Assembly (NCBI GenBank): GCA_035456125.1
Contig: DATIDT010000029.1
Span: 8,694 to 72,693, forward strand
Reading direction: 5' to 3'
Length of the DNA stretch: 64,000 nt
From: Gaiellaceae bacterium
GTDB lineage: Bacteria; Actinomycetota; Thermoleophilia; Gaiellales; Gaiellaceae
Shown: one piece after another, positions 45,094 through 53,537 of the stretch
Position numbering within the stretch: the stretch's first letter is position 1
How the letters are laid out: each line of letters opens with the position of its first letter
Program-made: the position numbers and the translations under genes
Notes under the pieces: model-generated
What the model was told of the DNA's origin: nothing
Database searches by the model: none
The model's input: only the letters and a program-made list of their open reading frames with translations

Positions 45094-46071
45094 CTAGCGC
45101 CGGCGGAACAAGCGGCGGCCGCCGTCCTCCGCGACCTCGGGCTCGTCGCCCTCGCCGACTTCCTCGGCCTCTGCCGTCACCGGCGCATCGAAGCCCCGCT
45201 CCCACGGGTCGCCGTCGCCCTGCGAGAGCACGCGCACGTGGCGCGGCGGCTCGGCGTCCGGTGACTCTGCCGTGTCCTCGTCGGGCTCGGAACCGCGGCG
45301 CCACCAGCGGCGCTTCGACTCCACCGCCGACTGCTCCTCGGCTGCGGGCGGCAACTCCGGCTCCGGCTCGCTCTCCGGCTCCGGCTCCGGCTCGGGCTCT
45401 TCGTGCTCGATCACGTCGGCGACGGGCTCGTCTTCTTCGCGCGGCGCGTCGCCGATCATCGTCATCGCGTCCGAGGGCTCCTGCGCCTCCTCGAACGCGG
45501 TCCAGCCGAGCGCGTCGTGCTCCTCCGTGTCCTCTGCCCGCTGCGCCTCCACGACGGGATGCGAGGGTGCGGTGGACGCGGGCTGCGCGAAGGTCAGCTC
45601 GTCGCGGCCTGCCGCCCATTCGATCGCGCAGACGATCAGAAGCGCCCCGGCCATCGCGAGCAGGATCGTCCACCACGCCAGGTTCGCGAGCCCGAGGGCG
45701 ACGGCGACGGCGATGAGGAACGCCACCTCGCCCGCGACGCGCCAGACGACCGGAGACACGCCCTCCCGCGGGCCGCGGGCACCGTAGCCGTATGCCGGCG
45801 GCGAGCTCGGCCACGACTGCTGCGTCCACCCGGCCGAGCGCAGGTGCCGCAGGTCGGCGCGGAGCGCCGCCGCGTGCCGGTGGAACGAATCGACCGACTC
45901 GAGCGTCCGCAGCGCGGCGTCGAGCTGCGCCGCATGGCGGTAGAACGCGTCGAACGCGGCTCGAACGCTCTCCTGCTCGTAGCCCTGGTCGGCGAGCGGC
46001 AGGTCCTCGACGCGCGGCAGCGGCTCGCGCGACGGAGTCTGCGGAGTGGGCCAGGCCTCGTTCTCCATCAC
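45094..46071 (-). CDS. Membrane protein with a DivIVA-motif-like N-terminus, 2 TM and an acidic Pro/Glu-repeat tail
   Basis: ...GYEQESVRAAFDAFY...; TMs VAGEVAFLIAVAVALGLANLAWWTILLAMAGALLIVCAI; tail EEPEPEPEPESEPEPE. Confidence 0.6.
   Translation of the reverse strand: MMENEAWPTPQTPSREPLPRVEDLPLADQGYEQESVRAAFDAFYRHAAQLDAALRTLESVDSFHRHAAALRADLRHLRSAGWTQQSWPSSPPAYGYGARGPREGVSPVVWRVAGEVAFLIAVAVALGLANLAWWTILLAMAGALLIVCAIEWAAGRDELTFAQPASTAPSHPVVEAQRAEDTEEHDALGWTAFEEAQEPSDAMTMIGDAPREEDEPVADVIEHEEPEPEPEPESEPEPELPPAAEEQSAVESKRRWWRRGSEPDEDTAESPDAEPPRHVRVLSQGDGDPWERGFDAPVTAEAEEVGEGDEPEVAEDGGRRLFRRR
45355..45396. repeat. Hexamer microsatellite (CTCCGG)n, 7 units with 2 variants, coding for the PE repeat
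   Basis: Read directly: ctccgg ctccgg ctcgct ctccgg ctccgg ctccgg ctcggg. Confidence 0.9.
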
Positions 46072-46114
46072 CGAATTATGCGCAGAGGCGTCGACTTTGG
46101 CGGCGCCGGAGAAA

Positions 46115-46141
46115 GGCCGCGCGAGCCTTGCTCGTGCGGCC
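46115..46141 (-). terminator. Hairpin plus U-rich tail after the ABC operon
   Basis: GGCCGCGCGAG / CTCGTGCGGCC arms (one mismatch), 5-nt loop. On the minus strand it is followed by TTTCTCC. Confidence 0.4.
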
Positions 46142-46205
46142 GTCTAACCCCGATTGCTTGGTGTCGTGCCAGATGAGCCCTCCGATGGCGCTCTGTCGAG
46201 TTCCT

Positions 46206-46976
46206 TCAGGCCGCAGCCTCGGCGCGCCAGAGGCCGCGGATCGCCCAGACGCCGAAGCAGATGAGCAGGAGGAACAGGATGGCAAATGCCAGCAGCGTCT
46301 TGTCCGGCGAGCCGGAGATCAATCCCCGTCCCTCCTCGAGCAGCGGGGTGATCGGGTTGACGCGGGCAACGGCGTGCAGCCAGCCCTGCAGCAGCCCGAG
46401 CGGGACGTAGACAGGGGCGAAGAAGAGCAGGATGAAGACCGGCATCTGGATGACCGGAAACGCCTGCTGCGTGCGGAGGCGCATGGCCACGCCTGCGGAC
46501 CACAACGTCCCGACGATGCTGAGCAGGAAGCCGAGCGCGTACAGCGCAAAGAGGTCGGCGCCGTCACCGCCGACTCTCATCTGCGCGGCGAAGGCGACTC
46601 CGGTGACGACGACGATCACGGTGATCCAGCGAACGAGGCCGGCGATCGCGTAGCCGATCACGATTCCGACGCGATTCGGCGCGGCGAGCATCAGCCGCCG
46701 CATGAAGCCCGTCTCCCAGTCGCGTGCGATCCCGAAGCCGGTGAAGACGCCGGAGAAGGCCGCCGACTGCAGCAGCACGAAGACGAACTGGAACGCCGTG
46801 TACCCCTGCGGGAAGTCGAACCCGGGCACCTCGGTGATCCGGGACAGCCCACCGACGAACGCCGTGAAGAAGAAGAGCGGGAACAGGAGCGACGGCAGCA
46901 GGAACGACGGGTTCGTGAAGAAGTTGTGCGCCTGCCGCCACGCCACGCCCTTCGCAACGTTGAACGTATCTGTCAC
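46206..46976 (-). CDS. ABC-2 type transporter permease
   Basis: 256 aa, six TM, GTG start. Confidence 0.8.
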   Translation of the reverse strand: MTDTFNVAKGVAWRQAHNFFTNPSFLLPSLLFPLFFFTAFVGGLSRITEVPGFDFPQGYTAFQFVFVLLQSAAFSGVFTGFGIARDWETGFMRRLMLAAPNRVGIVIGYAIAGLVRWITVIVVVTGVAFAAQMRVGGDGADLFALYALGFLLSIVGTLWSAGVAMRLRTQQAFPVIQMPVFILLFFAPVYVPLGLLQGWLHAVARVNPITPLLEEGRGLISGSPDKTLLAFAILFLLLICFGVWAIRGLWRAEAAA

Positions 46977-47082
46977 GAGGATGTCTTCTTCAATTCCAGC
47001 CTTGGCTCGCCCGACGGCGGGCGTCGGACGGCTCCACGAGCAAAGCTCGCAGAGCCTCTAGACGGCATCGCAGGACGATGCC

Positions 47083-47859
47083 TCAGGAACGGGCCATCCT
47101 CTGGATCAGCGCGTGCGCGGCAAGCGTGAAGCCGATCAGGCACATCGCGAGCGCGACCGCGAACCCGAGCAGGATCGGCTCCCAGTGCCAGTCGTAGATG
47201 ACGAGCGCGCGCACCGCCTCGATCAGGTACGAGACCGGGTTGACCGTCGCGACCCAGCGGAACCAGTCCGTCTCGATCAGGTTGCGCGGGATGTTCATCG
47301 AGGACAGGAACAGGAAGACGAAGAAGACGGGAAAGAGCCCCTGCACCGCCTCGGTCGAGCCCGTGCGCAACGCGGCCCACGTCCCGAACGACGCGAACGC
47401 GAGCGCGATCACGGCCTCGAGGACGAGCAGCATCACCGCACCGGGCGGGCCTGTCTCCAGACGCACGCCGAACGCGTAGCCGACGACGAGATAGAAGACC
47501 GCCTGTACGAGCGCGATGGTGAGAAGGCCGCCGAGCTGCCCGACCAGGAGGACCATGCCGCGCACCGGCGTCAGCGCGAGGCGATTGAGGAAGCCAGTCT
47601 GGATGTCGCGCGCGAACTCGACATTCGCATTCACCGTCGCGAGCAGCGCGCCCTGGATGAACGGCACCGCGATCGCGAAGGCGACGAACGAGTCGGTCGG
47701 GAACCCCGGCAGCTCCGTCTCGGATCGGAGCCCGCCCGAGTTCACCGCGAACAGCAGCATCGGGAAGATGAGCGGAAAGACGACGTTCGCCGGTTGACGG
47801 GCCGTGCGGATGACGGCACGGCGGCCGAGCGTGGCGGCTTGCAACACAGCCATCTCCAT
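47083..47859 (-). CDS. ABC-2 type transporter permease
   Basis: 258 aa, six TM. Its start overlaps the ATPase stop by 1 nt. Confidence 0.8.
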   Translation of the reverse strand: MEMAVLQAATLGRRAVIRTARQPANVVFPLIFPMLLFAVNSGGLRSETELPGFPTDSFVAFAIAVPFIQGALLATVNANVEFARDIQTGFLNRLALTPVRGMVLLVGQLGGLLTIALVQAVFYLVVGYAFGVRLETGPPGAVMLLVLEAVIALAFASFGTWAALRTGSTEAVQGLFPVFFVFLFLSSMNIPRNLIETDWFRWVATVNPVSYLIEAVRALVIYDWHWEPILLGFAVALAMCLIGFTLAAHALIQRMARS

Positions 47860-48848
47860 CAGCCGATCCCCGCCTCCTCTTGCTCGCGCTCACCGGCGCC
47901 TTCAAGGTGGCGCCCGGTCTTCGCGAGGAAGACGTCGTCGAGCGTCGGCTCGTGGATCTGCAGCTGCGAGATGCGGAGGTTCTCGGAGTCGAGCGCGCGG
48001 ACGATCTGCGCGACATCCCCGTCATTCGACGCGAGCTGCACCGCGACCCCCTGCGGGCCGAACCCGGGCGTCGGCGTGCCGAAGCGCTCGAGCACCGCGG
48101 CGACCGCCCCCTTCTGCCCGAGATCCGCTGGCACCGCCTCGATCGTCGAGCGCGAGATGTCGGCCTTGAGCTGCTCGGGCGTCCCCTCGGCGACGATGTG
48201 ACCGTGGTCGATGATGCCGACGCGATCGGCGAGAACGTCGGCCTCTTCCAAATACTGCGTCGTGAGGAAGACGGTGACGCCGTCCTCTTTCGCGAGGCGT
48301 CCGACCTCTTCCCACAGTGCGGTGCGGCTCTGGATGTCGAGGCCGGTCGTCGGCTCGTCCAGGAAGAGGATGCGAGGATGGTGGACGAGCGCCAGAGCGA
48401 GATCGAGGCGGCGCTTCATCCCGCCGGAGTAGGTGCGGATCTTCCGGTCGGCTGCCTCCGTGAGGCCGACCCGCTGCAGCAGCTCGGCGCTGCGCTCCGT
48501 GCGCTCCTCACCCGTGATGCCGTGCATCGTCGCCTGCAGCCGCAGGTGCTCGCGACCGGTCAGGTAGGGGTCGAGCGCGGCTTCCTGGAGCGCCGCGCCG
48601 ATCGTCTTGCGCACCTGCGGGCCTTCGTGGACGACGTCGTAGCCGCCGACGGTCGCCGTGCCGGCGGTCGGCGGGAGCAGCGTCGTGAGCATGTGCACCG
48701 TCGTCGACTTGCCGGCGCCGTTCGGGCCGAGGAAGCCGTAGATCTCGCCGGCGTCGACGTGCAGGTCGATGCCGTCGACGGCGCGCGGGCCTTTCTTGAA
48801 GTCACGGACGAGCCCGTGAGCTTCGATGCTGTTCTCGCGAGGGGCCAA
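47859..48848 (-). CDS. ABC transporter ATP-binding protein (DrrA-like, with C-terminal extension)
   Basis: GPNGAGKSTT, YSGGMKRRLDLA, LFLDEPTTGLD. Confidence 0.9.
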   Translation of the reverse strand: MAPRENSIEAHGLVRDFKKGPRAVDGIDLHVDAGEIYGFLGPNGAGKSTTVHMLTTLLPPTAGTATVGGYDVVHEGPQVRKTIGAALQEAALDPYLTGREHLRLQATMHGITGEERTERSAELLQRVGLTEAADRKIRTYSGGMKRRLDLALALVHHPRILFLDEPTTGLDIQSRTALWEEVGRLAKEDGVTVFLTTQYLEEADVLADRVGIIDHGHIVAEGTPEQLKADISRSTIEAVPADLGQKGAVAAVLERFGTPTPGFGPQGVAVQLASNDGDVAQIVRALDSENLRISQLQIHEPTLDDVFLAKTGRHLEGAGEREQEEAGIG

Positions 48849-48860
48849 CCCCCTCGGAGG

Positions 48861-49697
48861 CTACCCGTGCGGCGACTCGCGCCGAAGCACCGATGCGACG
48901 GCCGTCAACGCGACGCGCGTCTCGTGCAGCTCCGGCTCGCGCGTCGTGATGCGCTGCAGCCCGAGGCCCGGCAACAACACGATGCGGGCAAGCCGGCGCG
49001 AGCCCTGCACGAGCAGCCACAGCTCCATCGTCAGCGCGAGCGCAAGGACGGAGACGACGAGCGGTGTGAACGCCGTCGCCGGGAGCGGCCAGACGCGGCC
49101 GCCGAGCACGGCCACCGGCATCAGCAGCGCGGCGAAGTTGGTGCCGCAGCGGAGCGAGAAGCGCGACGGCCGCGCGAGGCCGTCCCACGTGTCGACCAGG
49201 CGCCGTTCCTCGGCCGCGGCGATGGCGCGGTGCTCGGCGCCGTGGAGGTACAGCGTGCGGCCGCGCAGGAGCCAGCCGAGCAAGGCGAACGTGATCACGA
49301 CTCCGACGGGGAGGCCGACCCAGTGCGGCGCGAAGACGAGCGCGAGCGGGGCGAAGATCGCGGCGAGCAGGAAGAGGCGCTCGCGACCGCGCGCGACGCC
49401 CGTGCGCCTGAAGAGCGGCGACAGCGACGCGGCGAGCCGAACGAGGCCGCGGGCAAACGGAACGGCGCGCAGCGCCCGCGGCGCCTGCGGCATCGTCCCT
49501 TCCCGCAGGCTGCCGTCCACGCCCGCGTACGCCCAGTAGCGCTGGCTGACGATCACGACGCCGTGCGAGCGGGCCATCCCGCCGAGGCGCGGCGAGGAGG
49601 TCGCATCGGCCAGCTCGAGCTGGCGGAGGACGGCGGCGTGGTCCACCCAGCCATGATTGCCGCACGACGGCCGCCCGGCAAGTGCCGGGCGGCCCAT
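48861..49697 (-). CDS. DUF1385-like membrane-associated protein
   Basis: ...LGGMARSHGVVIVS... N-terminal motif, HGAEHRAI motif, 4-5 TM. Family name is from memory. Confidence 0.6.
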   Translation of the reverse strand: MGRPALAGRPSCGNHGWVDHAAVLRQLELADATSSPRLGGMARSHGVVIVSQRYWAYAGVDGSLREGTMPQAPRALRAVPFARGLVRLAASLSPLFRRTGVARGRERLFLLAAIFAPLALVFAPHWVGLPVGVVITFALLGWLLRGRTLYLHGAEHRAIAAAEERRLVDTWDGLARPSRFSLRCGTNFAALLMPVAVLGGRVWPLPATAFTPLVVSVLALALTMELWLLVQGSRRLARIVLLPGLGLQRITTREPELHETRVALTAVASVLRRESPHG

Positions 49698-49714
49698 CCT
49701 GCAGAAGTTCCGGT

Positions 49715-49742
49715 CCTAGTGGGTTACCCCTAGTGGGTTACC
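49715..49742. repeat. Perfect tandem duplication 2 x 14 bp (CCTAGTGGGTTACC)
   Basis: Read directly. Unit 2 contains the TAA stop of the 25-aa ORF. It lies between that ORF and the DUF1385 start. Confidence 0.9.
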
Positions 49743-49815
49743 AGTAGCCGCGCGAGAAGAAGCCTAGGAGCGCGAGCACGAGGACCACGATGAGGATGAT
49801 CCAGAGAATGCCCAT
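49738..49815 (-). CDS. Unlisted 25-aa hydrophobic peptide
   Basis: My translation reads MGILWIILIVVLVLALLGFFSRGYW. GGGAGG lies 11 nt upstream. Confidence 0.45.
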   Translation of the reverse strand: MGILWIILIVVLVLALLGFFSRGYW

Positions 49816-49940
49816 GCGTTCTCTTGCCTCCCTTTAGGTTAGTCGACCTGGCGGAGTACGTCTCCGCACGGGTTGAACGGCGAACCCCGGGCTTTCGTTA
49901 CGGCCCACCCCCTGCGGGTGACGGCATCAGCTACCCCGGT

Positions 49941-49958
49941 CCGTCACAAGTCTGTAAC
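49941..49958 (+). promoter_or_regulatory. Pho-box-like pair CCGTCAC-N4-CTGTAAC (11-bp phasing) upstream of ppk
   Basis: Read directly. The same 7-mers occur as in the pstS array (CTGTCAC, CCGTCAC). Confidence 0.35.
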
Positions 49959-50004
49959 CCACATGCCCAAGTCCGTACGAGAAGATGGATCGGTGGCGCG
50001 CGCC

Positions 50005-52092
50005 ATGACGGCCTCCGTGACCGACGAGGCGCGACTGCTCAACCGGGAGTTGTCCTGGCTGGATTACGACGCACGCGTCCTGGCGCGGGCGGCGGATCCC
50101 TCGCTCCCGGTCCTCGAGCGGTCGCGCAGCTGCGCCTACTTCTCGTCCAACCTCGACGAGTTCTTCCAGGTGCGCGTGGCCGGCCTGATGGGCCAGGAGG
50201 AGTCGGGGCTGCTCGTGCGCTCGCCCGACGGACGAACGCCGCACGAGACGCTCGCGGCGATTCGCGAGCGAACACTCGAGCTCACCGCCGAGCAGGCGAA
50301 GCTCTGGAAGCGCGACCTTCGGCCCGCCCTCGAGGAGGCCGGCATCATCGTCGGCGACGTCGCCGATGCGACGAAGAAAGAGCTCGAGGAGCTCGAGGAC
50401 CGCTTCGAGCGCGACATCTTTCCGATCCTGACGCCGCTCGCCGTCGGCCCCGGCCAGCCCTTCCCGTACATCTCGCCGCTCTCGCTCAGCCTCGGCATCT
50501 TCGTTCGCGACCAGGAAACGGCGGAAGAGCGCTTCGCGCGGGTCAAGGTCCCGGAGCTGCTCCCGCGCTTCCTCTCCATCGGCGAGCGCGGCCTGTTTCT
50601 GCCGCTCGAGCGCGTCATCCGGCACTACCTGCCGCGCCTCTTCAACGGCATGGAGATCGCCGAGTGCTGCACGTTCCGTGTCACGCGCGACGCGGACTTC
50701 GAGGTTTCGGACGAGGCCGACGACCTGCTCGAGGCCGTGGAGGACGAGCTCCGCCGCCGCCGGTTCGGCGACGTCGTCCGCGTGGAAGTCTCCGGTTCCG
50801 TGTCGAACCGCATGCTCGACCGCCTCAAGCGCGGCCTGCGGGCGGCGGACGATCAGATCTATCTGATCGCGGGACTGCTCGACCTCGCGGAGCTGCAGGA
50901 GCTCGTACGGCTCGACCGCCCGGACCTCAAGGACGAGCCGTGGTATCCCGTCGTGCACCCGCGCTTCACGGCGGCCGCCGAGGCAGAGGATCTGTTCGCC
51001 GAGATCAAGCGCGGCGACATCCTCGTGCACCACCCGTTCGATTCGTTCGTCTCGAGCTTCGAGTCGTTCCTCAAAGCGACTGCCGCCGACCCCTCGGTGG
51101 TCGCGCTGAAGACAGCGCTCTACCGGACGAGCGAGGACTCGCCGGTCGTGCCGGCGCTCATCGACGCCGCCGAAGACGGCAAGCAGAGCGTGTCGCTGAT
51201 CGAGCTCAAGGCGCGCTTCGACGAGCGCCGCAACATCGGCTGGTCACGCTCGCTCGAGCAGTCGGGCGTCCACGTCGTCTACGGCTTCCCGCATCTCAAG
51301 ATTCACGCAAAGACGACACTCGTCGTGCGGCGCGAGGGCGACGAGCTACGCCGGTACGTCCACCTCGGCACCGGCAACTACAACATCCTGACCGCCCGCA
51401 CGTACGAGGACTACGGCCTGTTCACGGCCGACCCCGAGATCGGCGCCGACGTCGCCGACCTGTTCAACTTCCTCACGGGCTTCTCGCGCCCGCAGCCGTT
51501 CCGCAAGCTGCTCGTCGCCCCGTTCACGCTGCGCGAGGGTCTCGTGGAGCAGATCCGCGCCGTCCGGCGCGCGGCCGCCGCAGGCGAACAGGCACGCATC
51601 CGCATCAAGGTGAACAACCTCAACGACGAGGAGATCATCAGCGAGCTGTACCGCGCGTCTCAGGAAGGCGCAAAAATCGACATCGTCGCGCGCAGCATCT
51701 GCACGTTGCGACCCGGCGTGCCCGGTCTGAGCGAAGCGATCCGCGTCCGTAGCATCCTCGGACGGTTCCTGGAGCACAGCCGTCTGTTCGTCTTCGACGC
51801 AGGGAAGACGTCGACGTACTGGCTCGGGAGTGCCGACCTGATGCCGCGGAACCTCGACCACCGCATCGAGCTCGTCACACCCGTGGAGGACGCACGAGCG
51901 CAGAACGACATCGTGCGCGCGTTCGACGTCATGCTCGCCGACAACGCGACGGCGTGGGAGCTCAGTCCGGACGGCCGTTGGATGAAGATGCGGCCGCGAA
52001 AGGGCGATCGCGGACGCGCTGCGCAGCTGGTGTTCATGCGCAGCGCGAGGGCCCGCGCCAGCCGGCGCGCGTCGAACGTACGAACGCGCTGA
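50005..52092 (+). CDS. ppk: Polyphosphate kinase 1
   Basis: ...LLNRELSWLDYDARVL...YFSSNLDEFFQVRV...; 2 PLD-like C domains (HAKTTLV..., ...GSADLMPRNL..RIE). An ATG at 49963 is an alternative start. Confidence 0.9.
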   Translation: MTASVTDEARLLNRELSWLDYDARVLARAADPSLPVLERSRSCAYFSSNLDEFFQVRVAGLMGQEESGLLVRSPDGRTPHETLAAIRERTLELTAEQAKLWKRDLRPALEEAGIIVGDVADATKKELEELEDRFERDIFPILTPLAVGPGQPFPYISPLSLSLGIFVRDQETAEERFARVKVPELLPRFLSIGERGLFLPLERVIRHYLPRLFNGMEIAECCTFRVTRDADFEVSDEADDLLEAVEDELRRRRFGDVVRVEVSGSVSNRMLDRLKRGLRAADDQIYLIAGLLDLAELQELVRLDRPDLKDEPWYPVVHPRFTAAAEAEDLFAEIKRGDILVHHPFDSFVSSFESFLKATAADPSVVALKTALYRTSEDSPVVPALIDAAEDGKQSVSLIELKARFDERRNIGWSRSLEQSGVHVVYGFPHLKIHAKTTLVVRREGDELRRYVHLGTGNYNILTARTYEDYGLFTADPEIGADVADLFNFLTGFSRPQPFRKLLVAPFTLREGLVEQIRAVRRAAAAGEQARIRIKVNNLNDEEIISELYRASQEGAKIDIVARSICTLRPGVPGLSEAIRVRSILGRFLEHSRLFVFDAGKTSTYWLGSADLMPRNLDHRIELVTPVEDARAQNDIVRAFDVMLADNATAWELSPDGRWMKMRPRKGDRGRAAQLVFMRSARARASRRASNVRTR

Positions 52093-52111
52093 TCACCCGG
52101 ATCCTGCGACG

Positions 52112-52146
52112 CCTGACGGCGTCAGGTTTGACAACCGACGCGTCGG
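52112..52146 (+). other. Short hairpin CCTGAC-GGC-GTCAGG-TTT and 12-bp palindrome CCGACGCGTCGG between ppk and ppx
   Basis: Read directly. Possible attenuator or operator. Confidence 0.3.
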
Positions 52147-52160
52147 CCAGAATCGCTGGC

Positions 52161-53048
52161 GTGAGAGTGGGAATCGTCGACGTCGGCGCGAACACCGTGC
52201 GCCTCCTCGTGGCAACACACGACGACGCGCGCCTCGTTGCGGTGCGTGAGGAGCGAGCCCAGCTGGGTCTCGGCGAGGAGATCGAACGCAACGGCCGTAT
52301 CTCGGACGAGCAGCTCGACGAGGCCGCCGCCACCGCCGCGACCTGTGTGCGACGGGCGCGAAAGCTCGGCAGCGCGGCCGTCGAGATCCTCGTGACCTCT
52401 CCCGGCCGACAGGCGGACAACGGCGCCGAGCTCGTGTCGCGGCTCGCCGCCGCTACGCGTGCACCGACGCGCGTCCTCAGCGCCGAAGAAGAAGCCGAGC
52501 TGGCGTGGCGCGGGGCGGTCCGCGCCGCGGACGACACTCCCCCCACCGTCGCCGTTTGCGACGTCGGCGGCGGCTCCGCGCAGATCGCCGTCGGCTCGAA
52601 GGCGACTGGGCCGACGTGGGTTCGCTCGGTCGACATCGGCTCGCTCCGCTTGACCGAGCGCGCTCTTCGCGACGACCCGCCGACCCCCGGCGACATCGCG
52701 CGTGCCACGCGCGCGATCGCGGAGGCATTCGACGACGTCAGGCCGCCGCGTCCGGACGGCGCGCTCGCCGTCGGCGGAACTGCCCGCGCACTGCGGCGTG
52801 TCGCAGGCGAGCCGCTCTCCGAGCACGACCTCGCCGACGCGCTCGACGAGTTGAGCTTGCTGCCGTCACGGCAGATCGCGAAGACGTACAAGCTCGACCG
52901 CCGGCGCGCCCGCACGATCACGGCAGGAGCGCTCATTCTCGGCGAGATCCAGCGGCGTCTCGACGTGTCGCTCGAAGTCGGCCGCGGCGGCCTCAGGGAA
53001 GGCGCCGCTCTGCAGCTGCTCGACGCGAACGTCGCAGCGACCGCGTAG
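52161..53048 (+). CDS. ppx: Ppx/GppA-family exopolyphosphatase (N-terminal ASKHA domains only)
   Basis: GTG start VRVGIVDVGANTVRLLV..., ...VCDVGGGSAQI..., ...AVGGTARAL.... Confidence 0.8.
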   Translation: MRVGIVDVGANTVRLLVATHDDARLVAVREERAQLGLGEEIERNGRISDEQLDEAAATAATCVRRARKLGSAAVEILVTSPGRQADNGAELVSRLAAATRAPTRVLSAEEEAELAWRGAVRAADDTPPTVAVCDVGGGSAQIAVGSKATGPTWVRSVDIGSLRLTERALRDDPPTPGDIARATRAIAEAFDDVRPPRPDGALAVGGTARALRRVAGEPLSEHDLADALDELSLLPSRQIAKTYKLDRRRARTITAGALILGEIQRRLDVSLEVGRGGLREGAALQLLDANVAATA

Positions 53049-53537
53049 TCAGACGCGAAAGCGCCGCACAACGCGGCCGCCCGCGCCGACGACGAGCGTC
53101 TCTGCCTTCTTCAGCCGCTCGCCGAAGGCCACGTCGCTCAGGCCGCCGTGCACGCAGAGCACGACGGGGTCGCCCGCGAGCGAACGCGCGAGCTCGACAC
53201 CGTCGCCACGCCCTTCGCCGAGCTCGTCGCGCAGCTCGAGCTCGATTTCGCGGCTCGCCGCAAGCGGCTCGACCGTCTGCACGCACCGCACGTACGGGCT
53301 CGAGAGGATGCGCTCGATCGCGAACGGCTCGAGTGCCTCGAGGAGCGAGCGCGCTTGTGCCCGACCCCGTTTGTCGAGCGGCCGCAGGCGGTCGTCCCCA
53401 TGCCACGCGGATCTGTCGCCGGCCCGCGCATGGCGGACGACGAGCAGCTCAGCCCCAGATCTTCGTCGCGCGCCGCTCGAGGTGCTTCCACGCCTCCGGC
53501 AGGCCGGCACGCGCCTCCACGCGCCGTGCACGTTCAC
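53049..53537 (-). CDS. SixA-like histidine phosphatase; start uncertain
   Basis: LLVVRHARAGD catalytic RHx motif and a later ..VLCVHGG.. motif. The only canonical starts (53537/53531) overlap the CHAD gene by about 85 nt. Confidence 0.6.
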   Translation of the reverse strand: MNVHGAWRRVPACRRRGSTSSGARRRSGAELLVVRHARAGDRSAWHGDDRLRPLDKRGRAQARSLLEALEPFAIERILSSPYVRCVQTVEPLAASREIELELRDELGEGRGDGVELARSLAGDPVVLCVHGGLSDVAFGERLKKAETLVVGAGGRVVRRFRV

